Shown here one piece after another: positions 8,615-18,654 of a stretch of 64,000 bases of DNA. Location of the stretch: IMG/VR virus record IMGVR_UViG_3300048580_000372, positions 9,801 to 73,800 of that record; one strand, written 5' to 3'. Under the pieces are notes generated by a model. The model searched no databases, was not told the DNA's origin, and saw only the letters and a program-made list of their open reading frames with translations. A program made the position numbers and the translations under genes. Every line of letters begins with the position of its first letter. Position 1 is the stretch's first letter. The stretch is from a virus.

Positions 8615-10141
8615 TCAAGGATTTGGTGTGTCTGTTGAACTATTTGCAGATGTGATGTTATTCAAGCTCCAATTTTTAGAATTCCATACACCAAGGTCTG
8701 CACTATCTTGTCCAAGATTATTAGCATTTTTAAATTCTAAATATGAACCATTTGGTCCAAGCGGTCCAACATATTTTTTTGGTTTCCAAATACCACCAAT
8801 ATCAATACCAAAATCATTAACTGTGACTGTTTGATTATCTATAATATAACATTCAGCCAAGTATCCACCAAAATATGACCCCCAATATTGTTGTCTACCC
8901 CAATAATGAATTCTTGTTTGGTTTATATTTCCAACATCCATACCTTGAGTTGATGGGAATACTTGATAAGCCCAAGAAGTATTTCTTACACCATCAATAT
9001 ATAATTTAGCACGGTCGGTTTGTATAGATTCATTAGTATTAACAATTAAACATATATGATACCATTTATTTAAATCTGTGTATGTCGACGTTGTGTGTAT
9101 GTTAATTGGAGCGGTACCAGATCTATAAAACGTTATATTTATTTGATTAGCACTATTAAATAAAATAGTATCATCATAATCAGTTGGATCTCCGTCAACC
9201 GAAAGCATAGCTTGATTAGTACCATTATTAGCTTTTTTAACCCAAAACGAAACTGCATAATTTATATTACTTCCATTTGATGGTGGGGTTCTTTCTAACC
9301 AAGCTGTTTGTGATGGATAATATAAACGCAATGAATTAGTTACAGTATAAGAAGTAGCCATAATTGTAATAGAAAATGATCTATCTGCAATTCCAAAATT
9401 ACTATCAGTTGCTTGAACTGTAAAATTACTTGTAGTAGTTGAACTAACAGTGGTTGCAGTACCAGTTATAACACCCAAACTACTCATTGATAACCCGGTA
9501 GGTAACGAACCAGAAATCACAGAATATGTTATTGGATCACTATTTGGATCAGTAGCAGATAAACTATAATTAAAACTACTATTCATATTAATACTACCAA
9601 GCGATCCTGCTGCTGTACTCCATACAGGGGGTTCATTAGTTGAATTATTTACAGTTATAGTGAATGATTGTTGTGTATTTTGAGCACTATTGCTCACATT
9701 TATTATAAATGCAAAAACTGTATTAACTGTCACCTGTGGTGTTGTACCAGATATAACACCTGTTGAACTATTTAAAGTCAATCCACTTGGTAATGCACCA
9801 GATGTAACTGTATATGTTAATGTTAACCCATTTGGGTCAACAGCCAATATATTAGCAGAAAAAGCAACTTGTTCATTCACTATCGCTATATTTCCAGATT
9901 GTGTAACCCATATTGGATCTGTGAAACCAGACCACATACCATCACCTCTAAAGAATGAAGATGATGATTGGGTACCAGTTGTGGTAATCATCGGAAGATC
10001 AATCTTTGTCAACGACGACGCTGGGGCTGTAGTGACAGTTCCATCAGGTGTTGCCCATACACCATCACCACGCAAATAAGTTGTGCTATCTGGAGTACCA
10101 GTAGCCTTTAACATGTTAGTTGAAATTTTAGTTAATGCCAT
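8615..10141 (-). CDS. Tail fibre/receptor-binding protein with Ig-like repeats and a LamG/concanavalin-like C-terminal domain
   Basis: YLRGDGVW/FFRGDGMW fibre repeats; two SGxLPxGL Ig repeats; SFWVK...WYHI...LYIDG LamG pattern. Confidence 0.82.
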   Translation of the reverse strand: MALTKISTNMLKATGTPDSTTYLRGDGVWATPDGTVTTAPASSLTKIDLPMITTTGTQSSSSFFRGDGMWSGFTDPIWVTQSGNIAIVNEQVAFSANILAVDPNGLTLTYTVTSGALPSGLTLNSSTGVISGTTPQVTVNTVFAFIINVSNSAQNTQQSFTITVNNSTNEPPVWSTAAGSLGSINMNSSFNYSLSATDPNSDPITYSVISGSLPTGLSMSSLGVITGTATTVSSTTTSNFTVQATDSNFGIADRSFSITIMATSYTVTNSLRLYYPSQTAWLERTPPSNGSNINYAVSFWVKKANNGTNQAMLSVDGDPTDYDDTILFNSANQINITFYRSGTAPINIHTTSTYTDLNKWYHICLIVNTNESIQTDRAKLYIDGVRNTSWAYQVFPSTQGMDVGNINQTRIHYWGRQQYWGSYFGGYLAECYIIDNQTVTVNDFGIDIGGIWKPKKYVGPLGPNGSYLEFKNANNLGQDSADLGVWNSKNWSLNNITSANSSTDTPNP

Positions 10142-10145
10142 AATC

Positions 10146-10191
10146 AATCCTCTTTTAAAAGTATAATGTTATTTATACTTTTTAGAGGATT
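10146..10191 (-). promoter_or_regulatory. TATAAATA late promoter inside an RBS-occluding hairpin
   Basis: Inverted repeat; the left arm holds TATAAATA (10170-10177) and the right arm holds the GAGGA SD of the fibre gene. Confidence 0.65.
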
Positions 10192-10199
10192 TTTAGGTA

Positions 10200-10919
10200 T
10201 TATCTACCAATCATTTTGTAATATTGTTCTACCCGATTGAACCATTCATTAACATAAAAATCAAAACGTTCTCCCTCAATAACATATTCAGCATATTCTG
10301 CTTCCTTGCCTGTAGTTGGGTCTGGTCGAGTTGCCATCATAATAACAGCACACCGAATATTAGTCCCAAACATCCTATTATGGGTATAACCATAACATGC
10401 TGTTTGTAGATAATAATCCTGAACATATTCTTCTTTTTTGATTTTCTTGGATGTTTTATAATCAATGATTGCAGGTTTTCCCTTCCAAACTCCTGCTGCA
10501 TCAAAGCTCCCAGCCCAAAGCGAGGGTTCAAACACAGACACTTCTTGTGCCCATACTTCATCAACATTACAAAGCCCATTATTAATAATTTGATCAGCCA
10601 TTTGTTCAGCCATTACACGAACAACATTATTCCCAGTTGGTCGTTCAATACCCAATGCATAATTTTCCAAATGGGTATGCATTAGTTTTCCCAACCCGGT
10701 GGCTTCCTTGGACTCTTGATTGGCTTTGGCATCCCCAACACGATTGCGCCATGCTATTAGGGCGGTCTTGTCTGCTGTATCCCCTAAAATGGTGGTGACT
10801 GATGACATTCCAGAATGACAAGTGCCATCTGCCCCAACATAATTATAATGACGCTTCCCTGTGACTTTATCTGTGACTTGTTCTAATTTTGGATAGGTGA
10901 ATTGTGGGTTTAATTTCAT
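10200..10919 (-). CDS. PD-(D/E)XK exonuclease
   Basis: SVTTIL, G..MH..LE, AGSFD...IIDYKTS, YYLQ..Y motifs. Confidence 0.85.
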   Translation of the reverse strand: MKLNPQFTYPKLEQVTDKVTGKRHYNYVGADGTCHSGMSSVTTILGDTADKTALIAWRNRVGDAKANQESKEATGLGKLMHTHLENYALGIERPTGNNVVRVMAEQMADQIINNGLCNVDEVWAQEVSVFEPSLWAGSFDAAGVWKGKPAIIDYKTSKKIKKEEYVQDYYLQTACYGYTHNRMFGTNIRCAVIMMATRPDPTTGKEAEYAEYVIEGERFDFYVNEWFNRVEQYYKMIGR

Positions 10920-11065
10920 TTATTGTTTCCTCATTAAAGTTTAAACCAGTATACAATTAGTTTAAACAATAATGCAATTTATTCTTTTTAAATTTTTAAT
11001 CATAACTACACCTATAGTTGCAAGTATAAAATCTTACAACTTTCATTACCATTTTAAAATGGTTT

Positions 11066-11263
11066 TCAAGCTGGTTCCATTTCTGAAAAAAATTCATCTA
11101 AAGTCTTCGCCCAAATGTGCCCATTTGAACCTTGATAGATAACAGTCAATGGTAATAAATTAAAATCGTTGGAATATTCATTGGCTATTTGAATAACCTT
11201 ATATTCAACGTTTTCATGGTGCAACCAAGTTGAACCAATATCTGGAATTTGTATAATGCTCAT
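11066..11263 (-). CDS. Small DUF1653-like protein
   Basis: W.HH...YKVI..A...VIYQ...G.IWAK.LDEF pattern. Confidence 0.6.
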   Translation of the reverse strand: MSIIQIPDIGSTWLHHENVEYKVIQIANEYSNDFNLLPLTVIYQGSNGHIWAKTLDEFFSEMEPA

Positions 11264-11268
11264 ATCAA

Positions 11269-11313
11269 TATCCTCCCTAATATATTTAATACCATTAGGG
11301 AGGATAATGTCAA
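11269..11313 (-). promoter_or_regulatory. Promoter overlapping a 13-bp hairpin that masks the downstream SD
   Basis: TATCCTCCCTAAT/ATTAGGGAGGATA inverted repeat next to TTGACA. Confidence 0.55.
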
Positions 11314-11314
11314 A

Positions 11315-11608
11315 TTAATTTTTCACAGTTACGTTAAAAACCAACTTTTCATCAACGTGCTGCATATTAGTCAAACGATTATCAACCTCCATCAAGGTAT
11401 CAAATTCACCCAAAATGGCTTCCTTACGCTCGGTGGCGACAAAGGCAACCATCTTGCCATTCTTATTGGTGAAATCAATCGGAATGACAATGGTTTCATT
11501 CTCTACCGAAAAGGCATCCAAAATCCAACGAGGGACATTGGTGGGGTCGGTGATGACAACACGAAAACCTTCGGCATCATGATAAATCTTCGCAGGGAAT
11601 ACAGACAT
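11315..11608 (-). CDS. Hypothetical early protein
   Basis: Own promoter and GGAG SD; higher GC. Confidence 0.7.
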   Translation of the reverse strand: MSVFPAKIYHDAEGFRVVITDPTNVPRWILDAFSVENETIVIPIDFTNKNGKMVAFVATERKEAILGEFDTLMEVDNRLTNMQHVDEKLVFNVTVKN

Positions 11609-11633
11609 AATCGCTACTCCGTTCTATTGAAAC

Positions 11634-11676
11634 CCAGTATAGCAGAAATAATGGGAATGTCAAGCGTTAATTTTCA
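11634..11676 (-). repeat. 43-bp repeat copy 1 carrying an early promoter (TTGACA-N16-TATACT)
   Basis: Identical to 12096-12138. Confidence 0.9.
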
Positions 11677-12065
11677 GTGTTGATAATAACCCATGCATCG
11701 TTCTTGTATAACCCAACAATGTTACGCCCATCTCCAACATTGATTTCAAACACACCTGAACGAACACCAAACCGACGATTGGTAGTAATGCGGGTGAAAT
11801 AGGCAACAATAGCATCAACATCATCATAATCACGAAGGTCACCATGAACAGTCACAGTATACGCAGCCATGCAGTTATCCATCGGATTGGTCCAAACTTC
11901 AACATTGACACTCCCCTCAGAACCTGTGGGACGGTCGCAACGTTCCCAAGCATCATCTTCATCATCCCAACCAACACCAACGCCAACATCAGGTGCCTGA
12001 CCACCAGTATTGCAGCGAATATCATCCAGACGAATAGAACCATTAACATGAGTCCAAATAGACAT
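11667..12065 (-). CDS. Hypothetical early protein
   Basis: 132-aa ORF bounded by the 43-bp repeats; GGAG SD. Confidence 0.75.
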   Translation of the reverse strand: MSIWTHVNGSIRLDDIRCNTGGQAPDVGVGVGWDDEDDAWERCDRPTGSEGSVNVEVWTNPMDNCMAAYTVTVHGDLRDYDDVDAIVAYFTRITTNRRFGVRSGVFEINVGDGRNIVGLYKNDAWVIINTEN

Positions 12066-12095
12066 TTTAATTCTCCATCATTTGATTAACTTTGT

Positions 12096-12138
12096 CCAGT
12101 ATAGCAGAAATAATGGGAATGTCAAGCGTTAATTTTCA
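12096..12138 (-). repeat. 43-bp repeat copy 2 carrying an early promoter
   Basis: Identical to 11634-11676. Confidence 0.9.
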
Positions 12139-12334
12139 CACTGGAAAAAATCCCAAAGCGAACAAAGTTGTAAACACGATTGGAACGACGAACCCAGAAT
12201 TCCTGAACATCATCACGAGTATGAAATGCCCTACCCAAACACACCCAACCATATTTGTAAAAACGATGGGCACGAATGATGTTGCGAATGAAACGAGGGA
12301 ACATCTTCGAAACAGGCTTGGTAATCATTTTCAT
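12122..12334 (-). CDS. Hypothetical early protein
   Basis: Follows the promoter at 12356-12383; GGGAG SD. Confidence 0.55.
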   Translation of the reverse strand: MKMITKPVSKMFPRFIRNIIRAHRFYKYGWVCLGRAFHTRDDVQEFWVRRSNRVYNFVRFGIFSSVKINA

Positions 12335-12355
12335 TACTCCCTAAATTATCCTTAT

Positions 12356-12383
12356 AGTATAACAGATTCTTTGAAAATGTCAA
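12356..12383 (-). promoter_or_regulatory. Early promoter TTGACA-N16-TATACT with TGn extended -10
   Basis: Consensus match. Confidence 0.75.
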
Positions 12384-12454
12384 GGGGAAAAATTAATTGT
12401 CAAACCAAAATCCTCATGCTATATTGAGGGATAATTTGAAAAAGGAGAACCATT

Positions 12455-12706
12455 ATGACAATTTCCAGAGACGAACTAATAGACTTACTTAAAGAAAAAG
12501 TGCTCATCGTTACATTTAAAAAAGTGGATGGTGATGAACGAATTATGACTTGCACTTTAAAAAAAGATGTTCTTCCATTGTATGAAGCCAAAGAAGATGC
12601 CAAACCAAGAAAACCAAATCTTGAAGTCGTTCATGTGTGGGACATTAATAAATCATCTTGGCGTTCATTCAGGTATGATTCAATTATTAATATTGAAAAT
12701 ACCTAA
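12455..12706 (+). CDS. WYL_2/SH3-like small phage protein
   Basis: VTFKKVDGDERIMTCTL...VWDINKSSWRSFRYDSI. Confidence 0.75.
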   Translation: MTISRDELIDLLKEKVLIVTFKKVDGDERIMTCTLKKDVLPLYEAKEDAKPRKPNLEVVHVWDINKSSWRSFRYDSIINIENT

Positions 12707-13552
12707 TCACCATTGAACAAACCATTGGAATGTTGCATTTGTGGACAGGGAGCCAACTAAATTAAATGTTGCCCCTGTACCATGAGCACTTGTCACAGAC
12801 ACAGGATTGGTTGGTAATTTCCCATAAGAACCATTATTTGCAATTGCAACATTTTTTGCGCCCATGGTCAATCCCAATATCAAACCAGAACCAATACCAG
12901 AAGTAGTGCTGCTCGCACCCAATATAGATGGATTACTGGAATATTCCCCTGCATTTAATAATTCTAATCCAGTAACATTTCCCACACCACCAACAGATGT
13001 TACCTTATAAGTGGCTTGTGTAATATACACACCAGTTGATACATAAATTATATCATTAACTGCATAATTTATACCAGGTACATTTATTGTCCAACTTGGA
13101 GTTAATGAACCAACTAAATTAGATATTTGGGTTGTCAATAAAGTTAATGTTGCGTCTGTTGATGCAATCCCATTGTTTACTTGCACAGTTAAAACATCCA
13201 TTGGATAATATCCAGAGCCTGTTGTATTAACACTTGCTTGTGTGACATTATATAACGACACTGGTTGTACAGCCAAAGTATACTTTAATAAACTGAAATA
13301 ATCAGTTATGGTTTTTATTTGAGATGAATATTTTCTATTCACAATATCACCATTGTATGTTTGCCAATATGCATGGGACGTTGGGGATAATGGGGTTGTC
13401 ATCACTGTATTATTAATGGTAGCTTCCCTATTTCCAGAATTGGCTGCAACTAAAATTGCACGTTCAATAGCTTTTATTTCATCAAAAACTACTAAATCAG
13501 TTGTTGATTGTGTTGTTATTAAATTAGTTGCAATTGGAAATATATCAGCCAT
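12707..13552 (-). CDS. Virion structural protein (beta-rich, G/T-rich repeats)
   Basis: GSGYYPMDVL, GINYAVNDI and AGEYS repeat pattern. Confidence 0.65.
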   Translation of the reverse strand: MADIFPIATNLITTQSTTDLVVFDEIKAIERAILVAANSGNREATINNTVMTTPLSPTSHAYWQTYNGDIVNRKYSSQIKTITDYFSLLKYTLAVQPVSLYNVTQASVNTTGSGYYPMDVLTVQVNNGIASTDATLTLLTTQISNLVGSLTPSWTINVPGINYAVNDIIYVSTGVYITQATYKVTSVGGVGNVTGLELLNAGEYSSNPSILGASSTTSGIGSGLILGLTMGAKNVAIANNGSYGKLPTNPVSVTSAHGTGATFNLVGSLSTNATFQWFVQW

Positions 13553-14010
13553 TATAGTTTATCCCCACCCTTTAAATCTTTATTAACAGCATTCTTTGCC
13601 ATATTATCAACATTGCTTTCAGCTGCAGCTTTATTTTGGTCATCTAATACTCGTTCTGATTGTTTACCTTGTTTTTGTTGCAAGTAGACAATACCATTTT
13701 CAATTTTTTCAACGAATTCTGGTTTTTCTTTATCATCAGCACCCATAATAAGATCAATAGCCATATCTGGTTCATCTGGGTCAATTTCAGCGAAACCCAT
13801 TTCATTTGAAACGTCATTCAATTCTTTAACGATAGATTCCAACGATACCTCTTTAACATTTCTATCACGCAATTGTGTCAAATGGGCTTTAACCCAAAAT
13901 TTCATGGTTTGTTGAACCATATCAATTGGTGACTCTCTGAGTGCTTTCTTGGCTATATAGCGTTGTATATCTTTCAACGAGACTTCACCGAATATTTCAT
14001 CTAATAACAT
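13552..14010 (-). CDS. Putative head-associated protein (leader MLLDEIFGE)
   Basis: Leader plus LRES site. Confidence 0.6.
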   Translation of the reverse strand: MLLDEIFGEVSLKDIQRYIAKKALRESPIDMVQQTMKFWVKAHLTQLRDRNVKEVSLESIVKELNDVSNEMGFAEIDPDEPDMAIDLIMGADDKEKPEFVEKIENGIVYLQQKQGKQSERVLDDQNKAAAESNVDNMAKNAVNKDLKGGDKL

Positions 14011-14017
14011 TTTGTTT

Positions 14018-15430
14018 TTATCCTAAATTGTTGACAATTTTCATTGCATATTTTTGTATATTGGTTGCAGTATTGGTATCTGTAAATGAAACGATTCTCG
14101 AACCTTCTTTCATTAAATGAATACCAGTTGATTCTTGTATGGTTTTCCATGATTTTGGATTACCATATTTATTGACCAACCCTAAAACGAAATCAAATGA
14201 ATTAGCTTTAGTATCTTTGGTAACATTTTCAAAGAATGGTCTAAATGGGTCAGATAAATCTGCTTTAGTCATTTCAATCATATAATTAATTCTATCTTCT
14301 ATTTGTTTTGTTTCATTGAATTTAACACCATTGTGTGTTTCATTCAATAATTTATTTGTATAACGGGAAATATATTGTGGAATATTAATGTTTTGTTCAT
14401 TAACATTTTTAATAGTATTCCAATTTTCCATAATCCATTTTTCTCTTTTTGAGTTGGATGTGAAACCAATACTAAATTGTTTATTTTCTTTAATGCATTT
14501 AACCAAATAAACATCTTTTTGTTTTGTTTCTGATAATGCTAATTTAGATAATGAATAATTTTTGCTATTATTTAATTTTTCTGCATTTAATTTTTCTGTT
14601 GCGTCTAAAGCAGTTTTAACTGCAGCTGCAACTTTGGTTGATTTACCATTTGGGTTTTGGTCTTTGGCGATATTTTGCAAACCCAATTTCAAGTTATTTT
14701 CGATTCCTTTTTTCTTGGTGTCTTTGTCTTTATCAGCTGCAGCTTTAGCTGCAGCTTTAGCTGGATCTGTCCCAGAAGCATCTGCCATTTCTGCTGCATC
14801 ACCGAGCATACCAAGAATATCTGTATCTTCATTTATTTTACCTTCACCAATTTTTGATTGATATTCAACTTGTCCTGGCTCAAGAACCATCGATTGTAAT
14901 TTTTTCATAAATTTCATTTCAATGACTTTGTTGAGTTTGAATTTTTCTCTGAGGTCAAATGTGTGTGACATACCACCAAAATTATGTCCTGAAGCCACAC
15001 CATCAAAAATGTCACCTATTTTACAACCTTTCAAACCTTTGACATATTTTAATCCCATAGCAGAATATGCTTCATAAGTAGCATCAACGAATGCTTGACG
15101 AATATTGTATATATCTCTATCCGTAAAACCTGCACCTTTCAATCTTTGTTGAATGGCCCTGGCATTATATCTTAAATCACCATCTTCATTATCACCTTTA
15201 AAAAGAATATCTTCCAACCAATTCATAATAGTTCTTCCTTTATAACCCGGACGAGTATGAACAATATCTGAAACTTCTTGTGGACTAAATGCTTCCAACA
15301 AGGTTTTGCATTCTTTCAAGTCAATTTTATTAACTGTGATGGTGTCATTGGTAGCTGAGAATACAATCCCTTCGTTAACCAATATATCGGTGGCTTTTTT
15401 AATATCCTTTACAGTAATTTTTGCGTCCAT
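14018..15430 (-). CDS. Putative internal head protein
   Basis: Many [LIV]xE sites; GATAAATA upstream. Confidence 0.6.
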   Translation of the reverse strand: MDAKITVKDIKKATDILVNEGIVFSATNDTITVNKIDLKECKTLLEAFSPQEVSDIVHTRPGYKGRTIMNWLEDILFKGDNEDGDLRYNARAIQQRLKGAGFTDRDIYNIRQAFVDATYEAYSAMGLKYVKGLKGCKIGDIFDGVASGHNFGGMSHTFDLREKFKLNKVIEMKFMKKLQSMVLEPGQVEYQSKIGEGKINEDTDILGMLGDAAEMADASGTDPAKAAAKAAADKDKDTKKKGIENNLKLGLQNIAKDQNPNGKSTKVAAAVKTALDATEKLNAEKLNNSKNYSLSKLALSETKQKDVYLVKCIKENKQFSIGFTSNSKREKWIMENWNTIKNVNEQNINIPQYISRYTNKLLNETHNGVKFNETKQIEDRINYMIEMTKADLSDPFRPFFENVTKDTKANSFDFVLGLVNKYGNPKSWKTIQESTGIHLMKEGSRIVSFTDTNTATNIQKYAMKIVNNLG

Positions 15431-15498
15431 GGTAATATTTCCCTATAATTGATGTTTATTATATTTATCTTTTTCTATTTAAAAAGTGGATTTAATTT

Positions 15499-16518
15499 TT
15501 AGTAATCATCATATCCAGAACCACGTTGTTTTGATATTCTTACTTTACCAACATATTCCAACGCATCCATATTAAACCATGCTGTGCTTTCAACATCATA
15601 ACTATAGCTCCAACTATCGTTATCATATCCATACCCTTGTCTGCCCCAAGAATGAATACCATCAACTCTTGATGTTATCAAATCCCATGGAAAATATTGG
15701 GAAAAATCATAATATTCTTGTGAATCATGAATTTTATGATAAATTTCAGGTGTTATAATTTCATCACCAATCATAAGATAATTCAAACATATTTCTTTTG
15801 CATCTCTGGTATCACGAATATCTAATATTTTAGCAGTTGGTTTTACCCTGAAAAGTTCACCAACTGGACTCCACCAATCATCTTGATTTCCCAATACCCA
15901 ATCATTCCATTCAGAGGTAACATAATTTTTACCATCACTTTTGATAAAATTTGTAACTGTTGAAGTCCAAAATGAACCAGATGGTTTGTTGCCACCCCTT
16001 GATGATGGATTTAATCTTGGTCTTGTGACTGTCTCTTTCAAATTCCCTTCATCATCATATTGATATTTCCAACTTCCCCTTCTTTGTCCTTGTTGATACT
16101 TTGATAATGCTGCTGTTTTTCTAAATTCTTTATTTGGAATATGAAGTTGATATTTATAATTTTTACGATTAACATTAAACATATGACGTTCAATATTATT
16201 ATATGCAGCATATCGCAATTCTTCCCTTTTATTTTTTGCCCAATCATCTACACCTGCTACTACTTGGGAAAGGTCAGTTGCAATTTTTTGATAAGTGGAT
16301 ATTGTTACCGGAAAATCTAACCTAATATCAGTATTCCAACGTTGAATACCATAACTTTCTAATTTTTGAAGAACTTGTTCACGCAATTCTGCATCGACTG
16401 TCAAACGCCATTGTTTTCCATATGCTTGATATAATCGCAACCCACGTTCTGCTGCATCTTGTTGTATACCAGCCCATGTTCTCAAATTTGCCTTTTCAAA
16501 TAATTCATATGCTCTCAT
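15499..16518 (-). CDS. MRAYELFE-leader protein, C-terminal half possibly ADP-ribosyltransferase-like
   Basis: Leader; GNKPSGSFWTS...AKILDI...VDGIH...YDVESTAWFN pattern. Confidence 0.5.
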   Translation of the reverse strand: MRAYELFEKANLRTWAGIQQDAAERGLRLYQAYGKQWRLTVDAELREQVLQKLESYGIQRWNTDIRLDFPVTISTYQKIATDLSQVVAGVDDWAKNKREELRYAAYNNIERHMFNVNRKNYKYQLHIPNKEFRKTAALSKYQQGQRRGSWKYQYDDEGNLKETVTRPRLNPSSRGGNKPSGSFWTSTVTNFIKSDGKNYVTSEWNDWVLGNQDDWWSPVGELFRVKPTAKILDIRDTRDAKEICLNYLMIGDEIITPEIYHKIHDSQEYYDFSQYFPWDLITSRVDGIHSWGRQGYGYDNDSWSYSYDVESTAWFNMDALEYVGKVRISKQRGSGYDDY

Positions 16519-16527
16519 GTTTAATCC

Positions 16528-16806
16528 TTATGCCAAATAATTAATAATTTCTTGAAGTTGGATTACTGGAATCAATGGATTATTCAGTCCCTTATATTTC
16601 AACAAGGCATCTGCTAATAATTTTGCTTGATGGTCATAAGTTGCCTCTCTCATAAGAACTGTTATTAAATTTTCTAATGCACCTTGGGGAACCCTTGTTT
16701 CTGCATTTCTGCATAATAACTTTAATTGTTTGACAGCATCACTTATTTCATTATATCTATCTTCATTTAGAGTTACTGTTTCCATTAATTTACGCATACT
16801 TGTCAT
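16528..16806 (-). CDS. Small protein with MRKLME leader
   Basis: MTSMRKLMETVTLNE; GATAAATA upstream. Confidence 0.7.
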   Translation of the reverse strand: MTSMRKLMETVTLNEDRYNEISDAVKQLKLLCRNAETRVPQGALENLITVLMREATYDHQAKLLADALLKYKGLNNPLIPVIQLQEIINYLA

Positions 16807-16849
16807 AATAGTTTCTCCATAAGGTTATTATTTATTTATCAAAAATAAA

Positions 16850-16880
16850 AAAATGGGCTGCAGAATTTGCAACCCATTTT
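16850..16880 (-). terminator. Intrinsic terminator
   Basis: AAAATGGGTTGCA-loop-TGCAGCCCATTTT followed by a T-run on the minus strand. Confidence 0.7.
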
Positions 16881-16902
16881 AATTTAAATAATAAGAAATA
16901 TA

Positions 16903-17430
16903 TTAACCTAATTCACTTATTAACGATTTCATTGCGTCTTCTTTGGATTCTGCTGTCAAAAACTCCCAACTCATTCCTGTTTTTGAAAGTTCTCCTTCCC
17001 AATTTCCGTCGCTATTTTGCCAAACAATACCAATTTTCTTTCCATCTTTTTCAACATCAAATGTTTTACTATCTTTAGATTCATTAACAGAAGAACTTTC
17101 TAATTTAGAAATTTCATTTTTTACTTTTTTAAAGTAATCTTCCCCATCAATAACTTCTAACATTCTTTTCAAAATTTCTGAACGAGTTATTTTGATTTTA
17201 TCTCTTTCTACAAGTTTGCCATCAACAACTTTTACATCTGCACCATCAGTTTTGTTATATACTTTAACTAATTTATTTGTTGGCAATGCATTAATTTGTT
17301 TTGCTAATTTATTTATTTCAGATTCAATATCTTCATCAGACATTTTATCCCAGCTTTCTCTCAATTTAACAGATTGCAAGTTTTTTAAATTTATAGCTTC
17401 CATTAATTTACGCATATCTTGCGAACTCAT
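16903..17430 (-). CDS. Protein with DMRKLME leader
   Basis: MSSQDMRKLMEA; LRES and VNES sites. Confidence 0.7.
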   Translation of the reverse strand: MSSQDMRKLMEAINLKNLQSVKLRESWDKMSDEDIESEINKLAKQINALPTNKLVKVYNKTDGADVKVVDGKLVERDKIKITRSEILKRMLEVIDGEDYFKKVKNEISKLESSSVNESKDSKTFDVEKDGKKIGIVWQNSDGNWEGELSKTGMSWEFLTAESKEDAMKSLISELG

Positions 17431-17441
17431 AATAATACCTC

Positions 17442-18239
17442 TTATTTCTTACACTTTTTGTCTGCTGGCTTTGCAACTTTCTTACCAGCTTTTTTATCTT
17501 GATATGCTTTTAATCCTGCTGGAATTTTACCTTCGTCTAATTCTTTTTCACACTCTTTGTCTCCTTTCTTGCATTCTTTATCTGCTGGTTTTGCATCTTT
17601 CTTACCAGCTTTTTCATCTTGGTATTTTTGTAATCCTGGTGGTAATTTACCTTCTTTAATAGCTTGCAATTTTCTTGCAGTTTCAGCTATCTTTTTACGC
17701 AATGCTCTTTTGGCTTCCATGATTTTTGCTTTCTTGGAGCTAATCTTTGCAGATTCTTTCTTGGCACGACCCACACCATCATCTGAACCACCAAAAATAT
17801 CATCCAATTCTTCTTCTGTATCACCACCAGCATCACCTTCCATATCAGAACCTTCTGTGTCTTCAGCACCAGTTTCTTCTTCAGATGGTTCAGCAGCAGC
17901 TGCAGCATCATTTTCTAAATCACTTGGACCTGATGCTTCTGGGGCTGCCTTTCCTTCTAAACGCAATACTTCGTTGGCTACTCTGTCTTTTGAACTCTTA
18001 ATGGCTTCCAATGCTGCATCTAATGCTTCATTAACTGCTGTTTCAAAAGTATCAGCCTTTTCTGGACCAAATGTTCCACGCATATCATCAACGATTGGCA
18101 TAACGTCATTTACAGACATTTTGGCAATTTGTTCAGCCATGCTTTGAAGACGATCTACTACATCGTTAGTTGCGAATATCAAGCGAGCTTGTTCTAAATC
18201 GCTTTCAAGTAATTTTGATAAATTATTCAATGTTGTCAT
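17442..18239 (-). CDS. Prohead core/scaffold-like protein
   Basis: Helical N-domain, acidic linker, duplicated C-terminal EGKxPxGLxxYQDxKAGKK repeat; multiple xxE sites. Confidence 0.6.
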   Translation of the reverse strand: MTTLNNLSKLLESDLEQARLIFATNDVVDRLQSMAEQIAKMSVNDVMPIVDDMRGTFGPEKADTFETAVNEALDAALEAIKSSKDRVANEVLRLEGKAAPEASGPSDLENDAAAAAEPSEEETGAEDTEGSDMEGDAGGDTEEELDDIFGGSDDGVGRAKKESAKISSKKAKIMEAKRALRKKIAETARKLQAIKEGKLPPGLQKYQDEKAGKKDAKPADKECKKGDKECEKELDEGKIPAGLKAYQDKKAGKKVAKPADKKCKK

Positions 18240-18297
18240 TTTTATAAGTTTCCTCTATTAAAAAGTTTTATATATTTTATTTATCTTTTAGAATAAA

Positions 18298-18576
18298 TTA
18301 TCTGCTACTTTTTTTCCTATTTTTACGGGTTGGCGCAATTTCTTTTAAATAAATATTTAACGCTTCACAGATTAATACAGCTTCACTATATTGTGGATTA
18401 AATGTTTGCATACCAAAATGGCTTTCACGAACTACATTAGATTTAACATCTTGATAATAGTTCAAGCTTTCAGTAATGGATTTCATGTCGTTGTTTAAAT
18501 TAATCGATACACCAAAACTTTCTCTCAAAGTTCTGATTATTTTCTTTAAACGATATTCTGCACTTGTTATAGCCAT
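18298..18576 (-). CDS. Hypothetical late protein
   Basis: GATAAATA upstream; GAGGA SD. Confidence 0.65.
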   Translation of the reverse strand: MAITSAEYRLKKIIRTLRESFGVSINLNNDMKSITESLNYYQDVKSNVVRESHFGMQTFNPQYSEAVLICEALNIYLKEIAPTRKNRKKSSR

Positions 18577-18654
18577 AATACTTCCTCTATATTGTTTTAT
18601 TTATTTATCTTTTTTTTAAAAAAAGTGCCACTTATTTTTGTTTGATATCAATAC

